64,000 nucleotides of DNA, taken from positions 32,674,001 to 32,738,000 of the forward strand of contig OZ024760.1 in assembly GCA_964016885.1 (NCBI GenBank). The letters are read 5' to 3'. Below the pieces are notes generated by a model that had not been told where the DNA came from, did not search any database, and worked only from the letters and a program-made list of their open reading frames with translations. Both the position numbers and the translations under genes were made by a program. This DNA is from Eledone cirrhosa (lineage: Eukaryota). Positions within the stretch are counted from its first letter, which is position 1; every line of letters starts with the position of its first letter. Of the stretch, positions 13,001-24,856 are shown piece by piece.

Positions 13001-16000
13001 AGTGGTCGTGTAGGTCTCAAGACAGAAATCACCCAGTCCACCCTGTACAGTGGTTGTGTAGGTCTCAAGACAGAAAGCACCCAGTCCACCCTGTACAGTG
13101 GTTGTGTAGGTCTCAAGACAGAAAGCACCCAGTCCACCCTGTACAGTGGTTGTGTAGGTGTCAAGACAGAAAGCACCCAGTCCACAGTGTACAGTGGTTG
13201 TGTAGGTCTCTAGACAGAAAGCACCAAGTCCATCCTGTACAGTGGTTGTGTAGGTCTCAAGACAGAAAGCACCCAGTCCACCCTGTACAGTGGTTGTGTA
13301 GGTCTCTAGACAGAAAGCACCAAGTCCATCCTGTACAGTGGTTGTGTAGGTCTCAAGACAGAAATCACCCAGTCCACACTGTACAGTGGTTGTGTAGGTC
13401 TCAAGACAGAAAGCCCCCAGTCCACACTGTACAGTGGTTGTGTAGGTCTCAAGACAGAAAGCACCTGGTCCACCCTGTACAGTGGTTGTGTAGGTCTCTA
13501 GACAGAAAGCACCCAGTCCATCCTGTACAGTGGTTGTGTAGGTCTCAAGACAGAAAGCACCAGTCCACCTTGTACAGTGGTTGTGTAGGTCTCAAGACAG
13601 AAATCACCCAGTCCACCCTGTACAGTGGTTGTGTAGGTCTCAAGACAGAAATCACCCAGTCCTCCCTGTATAGTGGTTGAGTAGGTCTCAAGACAGAAAG
13701 CACCCAGTCCATCCTGTACAGTGGTTGTGTAGGTCTCAAGACAGAAAGCACCCGGTCCACACTGTACAGTGGTTGTGTAGGTCTCAAGTCAGAAAGCACC
13801 CAGTCCTCCCTGTACAGTGGTTGTGTAGGTCTCAAGACAGAAAGCACCCAGTCCACCCAGTACAGTGGTTGTGTAGGTCTCAAGACGGAAAGCACCCAGT
13901 CCACCCTGTACAGTGGTTGTGTATGTCTCAAGACAGAAAGTGCCCAGTCCACCCTTTACAGTGGTTGGGTAGGTCTCAATACAGAAATCAACCAGTCCAC
14001 CCTGTACAGTGGTTGTGTAGGTCTCAAGACAGAAATCACCCAGTCCACCCTGTACAGTGGTTGTGTAGGTCTCAAGACAGAAAGCACCCAGTCCACCCTG
14101 TACAGTGGTTGTGTAGGTCTCAAGACAGAAATCACCCAGTCCACCCTGTACAGTGGTTGTGTAGGTCTCAAGACAGAAAGCACCCAGTCCACCCTGTACA
14201 GTGGTTGTGTAGGTCTCAAGACAGAAAGAACCCAGTCCACACTGTAGAGTGGTTGTATAGGTCTCAAGACAGAAAGCACCCAGTCCAGCCTGTACAATGG
14301 TTGTATAGGTCTCAAGACAGAAAGTGCCCAGCCCACCCTGTACAGTGGTCGTGTAGGTCTCAAGACAGAAAGCACCCAGTCCACCCTGTACAGTGGTTGT
14401 GTAGGTCTCAAGACAGAAAGTGCCCAGTCCACCCTGTACAGTGGTTGTGTAGGTCTCAAGACAGAAATCACACAGTCCACCCTGTACAGTGGTTGTGTTG
14501 GTCTCAAGACAGAAAAAACCCAGTCCACACTGTACAGTGGTTGTGTAGGTCTCAAGACAGAAAGCACCCAGTCCACCCTGTACAGTGGTTGTGTAGGTCT
14601 CAAGACAGAAAGTGCCCAGTCCACCCTGTACAGTGGTTGTGTAGGTCTCAAGACAGAAAGCACCCAGTCCACCCTGTACAGTGGTTGTGTAGGTCTCAAG
14701 ACAGAAAGCACCCAGTCCACCCTGTACAGTAGTTGTGTAGGTCTCAAGACAGAAAGCACCCAGTCCACCCTGTACAGTGGTTGTGTAGGTCTCAAGACAG
14801 AAAGCACCCAGTCCATCCTGTACAGTGGTAGTGTAGGTCTCAAGACAGAAAGCACCCAGTCCACCTTGTACAGTGGTTGTGTAGGTCTCAAAACAGAAAG
14901 TGCCCAGTCCACCCTGTACAGTGGTTGTGTAGGTCTCAAGACAGAAATCACCCAGTCCACCCTGTAGAGTGGTTGTGTATGTCTCAAGACAGGAAGCACC
15001 CAGTCCACCCTGTCCAGTGGTTGTGTAGGTCTCAAGACAGAAAGCACCCAGTCCACACTGTACAGTGGTTGTGTAGATCTCAAGACAGAAAGCACCCAGT
15101 CCACCCTGTACAGTGGTAGTGTAGGTCTCAAGACAGAAAGCACCCAGTCCATCCTGTACAGTGGTTGTGTAGGTCTCAAGACAGAAAGCACCCGGTCCAC
15201 ACTGTACAGTGGTTGTGTAGGTCTCAAGACAGAAAGCACCCAGTCCTCCCTGTACAGTGGTTGTGTAGGTCTCAAGACAGAAAGCACCCAGTCCACCCTG
15301 TACAGTGGTTGTGTAGGTCTCAAGACAGAAAGCACCCGGTCCACACTGTACAGTGGTTGCGTAGGTCTCAAGACAGAACGTGCCCAGTCCAACTTGTACA
15401 GTGGTTGTGTAGGTCTCAAGACAGAAAGCACCCAGTCCACCCTTTACAGTGGTTGTGTAGGTCTCAATTCAGAAAGCACCCAGTCCACCCTGTACAGTGG
15501 TTGTGTAGGTCTCAAGACAGAAAGCACCCGGTCCACACTGTACAGTGGTTGCGTAGGTCTCAAGACAGAACGTGCCCAGTCCAACTTGTACAGTGGTTGT
15601 GTAAGTCTCAAGACAGAAAGCACCCCGTTCACACTGTACAGTGGTTGTGTAGGTCTCAAGACAGAAAGCACCCAGTCCACCCTGTACAGTGGTTGTGTAG
15701 GTCTCAAGACAGAAAGCACCCGGTCCACACTGTACAGTGGTTGTGTAGGTCTCAAGACAGAAAGCACCCAGTCCACCCTGTACAGTGGTTGTGTAGGTCT
15801 CAAGACAGAAAGCACCCAGTCCACCCTGTACAGTGGTTTTGTAGGTCTCAAGACAGAAAGAACCCAGTCCACCCTGTACAGTGGTTGTGTAGGTCTCAAG
15901 ACAGAAAACACCCAGTCCACACTGTACAGTGGTTGTGTAGGTCTCAAGACAGAAAGCACCCAGTCCACCCTGTAGAGTGGTTGTGTAGGTCTCAAGACAG

Positions 16001-16171
16001 AAAGAACCCAGTCCACACCGTAAAGTGGTTGTGTAGGTCTCAAGACAGAAAGCACCCAGTCCACACTGTACAGTGGTTGTGTAGGTCTCAAGATAGAAAG
16101 CACCCAGTCCACCCTGTACAGTGGTTGTGTAGGTCTCAAGACAGAAAGTGCCCAGTCCACCCTGTACAGTG

Positions 16172-17324
16172 GTTGTGTAGGTCTCAAGACAGAAAGCACC
16201 CAGTCCACACTGTACAGTGGCTGTGTAGGTCTCAAGACAGAAAGCACCTGGTCCACCCTCTACAGTGGTTGTGTCGGTCTCTAGACAGAAAGCACCCAGT
16301 CCATCCTGTACAGTGGTTGTGTAGGTCTCAAGACAGAAAGCACCCAGTCCACCCTGTACAGTGGTTGTGTAGGTCTCAAGACAGAAAGCACCCAGTCCAC
16401 CCTGTACAGTAGTTGTGTAGGTCTCAAGACAGAAAGAACCCAGTCCACACTGAACAGTGGTTGTGTAGGTCTCAAGACAGAAAGAACCCAGTCCACACTG
16501 TACAGTGGCTGTGTAGGTCTCAAGACAGAAAGCACCTGGTCCACCCTCTACAGTGGTTGTGTCGGTCTCTAGACAGAAAGCACCCAGTCCATCCTGTACA
16601 GTGGTTGTGTAGGTCTCAAGACAGAAAGCACCCAGTCCACCCTGTACAGTGGTTGTGTAGGTCTCAAGACAGAAAGCACCCAGTCCACCCTGTACAGTAG
16701 TTGTGTAGGTCTCAAGACAGAAAGAACAAAGTCCACACTGAACAGTGGTTGTGTAGGTCTCAAGACAGAATGCACCCAGTCCACCCTGTACAGTGGTCGT
16801 GTAGGTCTCAAGACAGAAAGCACCCAGTCCACCCTGTACAGTGGTTGTGTAGGTCTCGAGACAGAAAGTGCCCAGTCCACCCTGTACAGTGGTTGTGTAG
16901 GTCTCAAGACAGAAAGCACCCAGTCCACCATGTACAGTGGTTGTGTAGGTCTCAAGACAGAAATAACCCAGTCCACCCTGTACAGTGGTTGTGTAGGTGT
17001 GAAGACAGAAAGCACCCAGTCCACAGTGTACAGTGGTTGTGTAGGTCGCTAGACAGAATGCACCCAGTCCACCCTGTACAGTGGTCGTGTAGGTCTCAAG
17101 ACAGAAAGCACCCAGTCCACCCTGTACAGTGGTTGTGTAGGTCTCGAGACAGAAAGTGCCCAGTCCACCCTGTACAGTGGTTGTGTAGGTCTCAAGACAG
17201 AAAGCACCCAGTCCACCATGTACAGTGGTTGTGTAGGTCTCAAGACAGAAATAACCCAGTCCACCCTGTACAGTGGTTGTGTAGGTGTGAAGACAGAAAG
17301 CACCCAGTCCACAGTGTACAATGG
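16172..17324. repeat. Two adjacent 6-monomer (288 bp) duplications of different modules
   Basis: The GGCTGT/CCTGGT/CCTCTAC/GTCGGT set occurs at ~16219-16276 and ~16507-16564. It is followed by two copies of the GAATGC...GTGTGAAG module (~16748-17324). Confidence 0.85.
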
Positions 17325-20300
17325 TTGTGTAGGTCTCTAGACAGAAAGCACCCAGTCCATCCTGTACAGTGGTAGTGTAGGTCTCAAGACAGAAAGCACC
17401 CAGTCCACCTTGTACAGTGGTTGTGTAGGTCTCAAAACAGAAAGTGCCCAGTCCACCCTGTACAGTGGTTGTGTAGGTCTCAAGACAGAAATCACCCAGT
17501 CCACCCTGTAGAGTGGTTGTGTAGGTCTGAAGACAGAAAGCACCCAGTCCACCCTGTCCAGTGGTTGTGTAGGTCTCAAGACAGAAAGCACCCAGTCCAC
17601 ACTGTACAGTGGTTGTGTAGATCTCAAGACAGAAATCACCCAGTCCACCCTGTACAGTGGTAGTGTAGGACTCAAGACAGAAAGCACCCAGTCCATCCTG
17701 TACAGTGGTTGTGTAGGTCTCAAGACAGAAAGCACCCGGTCCACACTGTACAGTGGTTGTGTAGGTCTCAAGACAGAAAGCACCCAGTCCTCCCTGTACA
17801 GTGGTTGTGTAGGTCTCAAGACAGAAAGCACCCAGTCCACCCTGTACAGTGGTTGTGTAGGTCTCAAGACAGAAAGCACCCGGTACACACTGTACAGTGG
17901 TTGCGTAGGTCTCAAGACAGAACGTGCCCAGTCCAACTTGTACAGTGGTTGTGTATGTCTCAAGACAGAAAGCACCCAGTCCACCCTGTACAGTGGTTGT
18001 GTAGGTCTCAATTCAGAAAGCACCCAGTCCACCCTGTACAGTGGTTGTGTAGGTCTCAAGACAGAAAGCACCCCGTGCACACTGTACAGTGGTTGTGTAG
18101 GTCTCAAGACAGAAAGCACCCAGTCCACCCTGTACAGTGGTTGTGTAGGTCTCAAGACAGAAAGCACCCGGTCCACACTGTACAGTGGTTGTGTAGGTCT
18201 CAAGACAGAAAGAACCCAGTCCACCCTGTACAGTGGTTGTGTAGGTCTCAAGACAGAAAACACCCAGTCCACACTGTACAGTGGTTGTGTAGGTCTCAAG
18301 CCAGAAAGCACCCAGTCCACCCTGTAGAGTGGTTGTGTAGGTCTCAAGACAGAAAGAACCCAGTCCACACCGTAAAGTGGTTGTGTAGGTCTCAAGACAG
18401 AAAGCACCCAGTCCACACTGTACAGTGGTTGTGTAGGTCTCAAGATAGAAAGCACCCAGTCCACCCTGTACAGTGGTTGTGTAGGTCTCAAGACAGAAAG
18501 TGCCCAGTCCACCCTGTACAGTGGTTGTGTAGGTCTCAAGACAGAAAGCACCCAGTCTACAGTGTACAGTGGTTGTGTAGGTCTCTAGACAGAAAGCCGC
18601 CAGTCCATCCTGTACAGTGGTTGTGTAGGTCTCAAGACAGAAATCACCCAGTCCACCCAGTACAGTGGTTGTGTAGGTCTAGAGACAGAAAGCACCCAGT
18701 CCACCCTGTACAGTGGTTATGTAGGTCTCAAGACAGAAAGCACCCAGTCCACCCTGTACAGTAGTTGTGTAGGTGTCAAGACAGAAAGCACACAGTCCAC
18801 AGTGTACAGTGGTTGTGTAGGTCTCTAGACAGAAAGCACCCAGTCCATCCTGTACAGTGGTCGTGTAGGTCTCAAGACAGAAATCACCCAGTCCACCCTG
18901 TACAGTGGTTGTGTAGGTCTCAAGACAGAAAGCACCCAGTCCACCCTGTACAGTGGTTGTGTAGGTCTCAAGACAGAAAGCACCCAGTCCACCCTGTACA
19001 GTGGTTGTGTAGGTGTCAAGACAGAAAGCACCCAGTCCACAGTGTACAGTGGTTATGTAGGTCTCTAGACAGAAAGCACCAAGTCCATCCTGTACAGTGG
19101 TTGTGTAGGTCTCAAGACAGAAATCACCCAGTCCACACTGTACAGTGGTTGTGTAGGTCTCAAGACAGAAAGCCCCCAGTCCACACTGTACAGTGGTTGT
19201 GTAGGTCTCAAGACAGAAAGCACCTGGTCCACCCTGTACAGTGGTTGTGTAGGTCTCTAGACAGAAAGCACCCAGTCCATCCTGTACAGTGGTTGTGTAG
19301 GTCTCAAGACAGAAAGCACCAGTCCACCTTGTACAGTGGTTGTGTAGGTCTCAAGACAGAAATCACCCAGTCCACCCTGTACAGTGGTTGTGTAGGTCTC
19401 AAGACAGAAATCACCCAGTCCTCCCTGTATAGTGGTTGTGTAGGTCTCAAGACAGAAAGCACCCAGTCCATCCTGTACAGTGGTTGTGTAGGTATCAAGA
19501 CAGAAAGGACCCGGTCCACACTGTACAGTGGTTGTGTAGGTCTCAAGACAGAAAGCACCCAGTCCTCCCTGTACAGTGGTTGTGTAGGTCTCAAGACAGA
19601 AAGCACCCAGTCCACCCAGTACAGTGGTTGTGTAGGTCTCAAGACGGAAAGCACCCAGTCCACCCTGTACAGTGGTTGTGTATGTCTCAAGACAGAAAGT
19701 GCCCAGTCCACCCTTTACAGTGGTTGTGTAGGTCTCAATACAGAAATCAACCAGTCCACCCTGTACAGTGGTTGTGTAGGTCTCAAGACAGAAAGCACCC
19801 AGTACACCCTGTACAGTGGTTGTGTAGGTCTCAAGACAGAAAGAACCCAGTCCACACTGTACAGTGGTTGTGTAGGTCTCAAGACAGAAATCACCCAGTC
19901 CACCCTGTACAGTGGTTGTGTAGGTCTCAAGACAGAAAGCACCCAGTCCACCCTGTACAGTGGTTGTGTAGGTCTCAAGACAGAAATCACCCAGTCCACC
20001 CTGTACAGTGGTTGTGTAGGTCTCAAGACAGAAAGCACCCAGTCCACCCTGTACAGTGGTTGTGTAGGTCTCAAGACAGAAAGAACCCAGTCCACCCTGT
20101 ACAGTGGTTGTGTAGGTCTCAAGCCAGAAAGAATCCAGTCCCCCCTGTACAGTCGTTGTGTATGTTTCAAGATAGAAAGCGCCCAGTCACCCTGTACAGT
20201 GGTTGTGTAGGTCTCAAGTCAGAAAGCACCCAGTCCACAGTGTACAGTGGTTGTGTAGGTCTCTAGACAGAAAGCACCCAGTCCATCCTGTACAGTGGTC

Positions 20301-21496
20301 GTGTAGGTCTCAAGACAGAAATCACCCAGTCCACCCTGTACAGTGGTTGTGTAGGTCTCAAGACAGAAAGCACCCAGTCCACCCTGTACAGTGGTTGTGT
20401 AGGTCTCAAGACAGAAAGCACCCAGTCCACCCTGTACAGTGGTTGTGTAGGTGTCAAGACAGAAAGCACCCAGTCCACAGTGTACAGTGGTTGTGTAGGT
20501 CTCCAGACAGAAAGCACCAAGTCCATCCTGTACAGTGGTTGTGTAGGTCTCAAGACAGAAAGCAACCAGTCCACCCTGTACAGTGGTTGTGTAGGTCTCT
20601 AGACAGAAAGCACCAAGTCCATCCTGTACAGTGGTTGTGTAGGTCTCAAGACAGAAATCACCCAGTCCACACTGTACAGTGGTTGTGTAGGTCTCAAGAC
20701 AGAAAGCCCCCAGTCCACACTGTACAGTGGTTGTGTAGGTCTCAAGACAGAAAGCACCTGGTCCACCCTGTACAGTGGTTGTGTAGGTCTCTAGACAGAA
20801 AGCACCCAGTCCATCCTGTACAGTGGTTGTGTAGGTCTCAAGACAGAAAGCACCAGTCCACCTTGTACAGTGGTTGTGTAGGTCTCAAGACAGAAATCAC
20901 CCAGTCCACCCTGTACAGTGGTTGTGTAGGTCTCAAGACAGAAATCACCCAGTCCTCCCTGTATAGTGGTTGTGTAGGTCTCAAGACAGAAAGCACCCAG
21001 TCCATCCTGTACAGTGGTTGTGTAGGTCTCAAGACAGAAAGCACCCGGTCCACACTGTACAGTGGTTGTGTAGGTCTCAAGACGGAAAGCACCCAGTCCT
21101 CCCTGTACAGTGGTTGTGTAGGTCTCAAGACAGAAAGTGCCCAGTCCACCCTTTACAGTGGTTGTGTAGGTCTCAATACAGAAATCAACCAGTCCACCCT
21201 GTACAGTGGTTGTGTAGGTCTCAAGAAAGAAAGCACCCAGTACACCCTGTACAGTGGTTGTGTAGGTCTCAAGACAGAAAGAACCCAGTCCACACTGTAC
21301 AGTGGTTGTGTAGGTCTCAAGACAGAAATCACCCAGTCCACCCTGTACAGTGGTTGTGTAGGTCTCAAGACAGAAAGCACCCAGTCCACCCTGTACAGTG
21401 GTTGTGTAGGTCTCAAGACAGAAATCACCCAGTCCACCCTGTACAGTGGTTGTGTAGGTCTCAAGACAGAAAGCACCCAGTCCAGCCTGTACAATG

Positions 21497-24400
21497 GTTG
21501 TGTAGGTCTCAAGACAGAAAGTGCCCAGTCCACCCTGTACAGTGGTTGTGTAGGTCTCAAGACAGAAAGCACCCAGTCCACCCTGTACAGTGGTTGTGTA
21601 GGTCTCAAGACAGAAAGCACCCAGTCCACCCTGTACAGTGGTTGTGTAGGTCTCAAGACAGAAAGAACCCAGTCCACACTGAACAGTGGTTGTGTAGGTC
21701 TCAAGACAGAATGCACCCAGTCAACCCTGTACAGTGGTCGTGTAAGTCTCAAGACAGAAAGCACCCAGTCCACCCTGTACAGTGGTTGTGTAGGTCTCGA
21801 GACAGAAAGTGCCCAGTCCACCCTGTACAGTGGTTGTGTAGGTCTCAAGACAGAAAGCACCCAGTCCACCATGTACAGTGGTTGTGTAGGTGTGAAGACA
21901 GAAAGCACCCAGTCCACAGTGTACAGTGGTTTTGTAGGTCTCTAGACAGAAAGCACCCAGTCCATCCTGTACAGTGGTAGTGTAGGTCTCAAGACAGAAA
22001 GCACCCAGTCCACCTTGTACAGTGGTTGTGTAGGTCTCAAAACAGAAAGTGCCCAGTCCACACTGTACAGTGGTTGTGTAGGTCTCAAGACAGAAATCAC
22101 CCAGTCCACCCTGTAGAGTGGTTGTGTAGGTCTCAAGACAGAAAGAACCCAGTCCACACCGTAAAGTGGTTGTGTAGGTCTCAAGACAGAAAGCACCCAG
22201 TCCACACTGTACAGTGGTTGTGTAGGTCTCAAGATAGAAAGCACCCAGTCCACCCTGTCCAGTGGTTGTGTAGGTCTCAAGACAGAAAGCAGCCAGTCCA
22301 CACTGTACAGTGGTTGTGTAGATCTCAAGACAGAAAGCACCCAGTCCACCCTGTACAGTGGTAGTGTAGGTCTCAAGACAGAAAGCACCCAGTCCATCCT
22401 GTACAGTGGTTGTGTAGGTCTCAAGACAGAAAGCACCCGGTCCACACTGTACAGTGGTTGTGCAGGTCTCAAGACAGAAAGCACCCAGTCCTCCCTGTAC
22501 AGTGGTTGTGTAGGTCTCAAGACAGAAAGCACCCAGTCCACCCTGTACAGTGGTTGTGTAGGTCTCAAGACAGAAAGCACCCGGTCCACACTGTACAGTG
22601 GTTGCGTAGGTCTCAAGACAGAACGTGCCCAGTCCAACTTGTACAGTGGTTGTGTAGGTCTCAAGACAGAAAGCACCCAGTCCACCCTGTACAGTGGTTG
22701 TGTAGGTCTCAATTCAGAAAGCACCCAGTCCACCCTGTACAGTGGTTGTGTAGGTCTCAAGACAGAAAGCACCCGGTCCACACTGTGCAGTGGTTGCGTA
22801 GGTCTCAAGACAGAACGTGCCCAGTCCAACTTGTACAGTGGTTGTGTAAGTCTCAAGACAGAAAGCACCCCGTGCACACTGTACAGTGGTTGTGTAGGTC
22901 TCAAGACAGAAAGCACCCAGTCCACCCTGTACAGTGGTTTTGTAGGTCTCAAGACAGAAAACACCCAGTCCACACTGTACAGTGGTTGTGTAGGTCTCAA
23001 GACAGAAAGCACCCAGTCCACCCTGTAGAGTGGTTGTGTAGGTCTCAAGACAGAAAGAACCCAGTCCACACCGTAAAGTGGTTGTGTAGGTCTCAAGACA
23101 GAAAGCACCCAGTCCACACTGTACAGTGGTTGTGTAGGTCTCAAGATAGAAAGCACCCAGTCCACCCTGTACAGTGGTTGTGTAGGTCTCAAGACAGAAA
23201 GTGCCCAGTCCACCCTGTACAGTGGTTGTGTAGGTCTCAAGACAGAAAGCACCCAGTCCACCCTGTACAGTGGTTGTGTAGGTCTCAAGACAGAAAGCAC
23301 CCAGTCCACCCTGTACAGTGGTTGTGTAGGTCTCAAGACAGAAAGAACCCAGTCCACACTGAACAGTGGTTGTGTAGGTCTCAAGACAGAATGCACCCAG
23401 TCAACCCTGTACAGTGGTCGTGTAAGTCTCAAGACAGAAAGCACCCAGTCCACCCTGTACAGTGGTTGTGTAGGTCTCGAGACAGAAAGTGCCCAGTCCA
23501 CCCTGTACAGTGGTTGTGTAGGTCTCAAGACAGAAAGCACCCAGTCCACCATGTACAGTGGTTGTGTAGGTGTGAAGACAGAAAGCACCCAGTCCACAGT
23601 GTACAGTGGTTTTGTAGGTCTCTAGACAGAAAGCACCCAGTCCATCCTGTACAGTGGTAGTGTAGGTCTCAAGACAGAAAGCACCCAGTCCACCTTGTAC
23701 AGTGGTTGTGTAGGTCTCAAAACAGAAAGTGCCCAGTCCACACTGTACAGTGGTTGTGTAGGTCTCAAGACAGAAATCACCCAGTCCACCCTGTAGAGTG
23801 GTTGTGTAGGTCTCAAGACAGAAAGAACCCAGTCCACACCGTAAAGTGGTTGTGTAGGTCTCAAGACAGAAAGCACCCAGTCCACACTGTACAGTGGTTG
23901 TGTAGGTCTCAAGATAGAAAGCACCCAGTCCACCCTGTCCAGTGGTTGTGTAGGTCTCAAGACAGAAAGCACCCAGTCCACACTGTACAGTGGTTGTGTA
24001 GATCTCAAGACAGAAAGCACCCAGTCCACCCTGTACAGTGGTAGTGTAGGTCTCAAGACAGAAAGCACCCAGTCCATCCTGTACAGTGGTTGTGTAGGTC
24101 TCAAGACAGAAAGCACCCGGTCCACACTGTACAGTGGTTGTGCAGGTCTCAAGACAGAAAGCACCCAGTCCTCCCTGTACAGTGGTTGTGTAGGTCTCAA
24201 GACAGAAAGCACCCAGTCCACCCTGTACAGTGGTTGTGTAGGTCTCAAGACAGAAAGCACCCGGTCCACACTGTACAGTGGTTGCGTAGGTCTCAAGACA
24301 GAACGTGCCCAGTCCAACTTGTACAGTGGTTGTGTAGGTCTCAAGACAGAAAGCACCCAGTCCACCCTGTACAGTGGTTGTGTAGGTCTCAATTCAGAAA

Positions 24401-24856
24401 GCACCCAGTCCACCCTGTACAGTGGTTGTGTAGGTCTCAAGACAGAAAGCACCCGGTCCACACTGTGCAGTGGTTGCGTAGGTCTCAAGACAGAACGTGC
24501 CCAGTCCAACTTGTACAGTGGTTGTGTAAGTCTCAAGACAGAAAGCACCCCGTGCACACTGTACAGTGGTTGTGTAGGTCTCAAGACAGAAAGCACCCAG
24601 TCCACCCTGTACAGTGGTTTTGTAGGTCTCAAGACAGAAAACACCCAGTCCACACTGTACAGTGGTTGTGTAGGTCTCAAGACAGAAAGCACCCAGTCCA
24701 CCCTGTAGAGTGGTTGTGTAGGTCTCAAGACAGAAAGAACCCAGTCCACACCGTAAAGTGGTTGTGTAGGTCTCAAGACAGAAAGCACCCAGTCCACACT
24801 GTACAGTGGTTGTGTAGGTCTCAAGATAGAAAGCACCCAGTCCACCCTGTACAGTG
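21497..24856. repeat. Near-perfect tandem duplication of a 35-monomer (1680 bp) unit: ~21497-23176 and ~23177-24856
   Basis: Markers at offset 1680: TCAACC 21721/23401, TGCAGG 22461/24141, CACTGTGCAG 22781/24461. ORF pairs 22026/23706 and 22410/24090 agree. I noticed only one difference by eye (AGCC at 22291 vs ACCC at 23971). Confidence 0.93.

Noticed and set aside
22781-22792. CACTGT(G/A)CAGTG as a V(D)J signal joint
   Set aside because: A true signal joint is CACTGTGCACAGTG flanked by two outward-facing spacer-nonamers. Here 2 bp are missing and there is no nonamer at 12 or 23 bp on either side.
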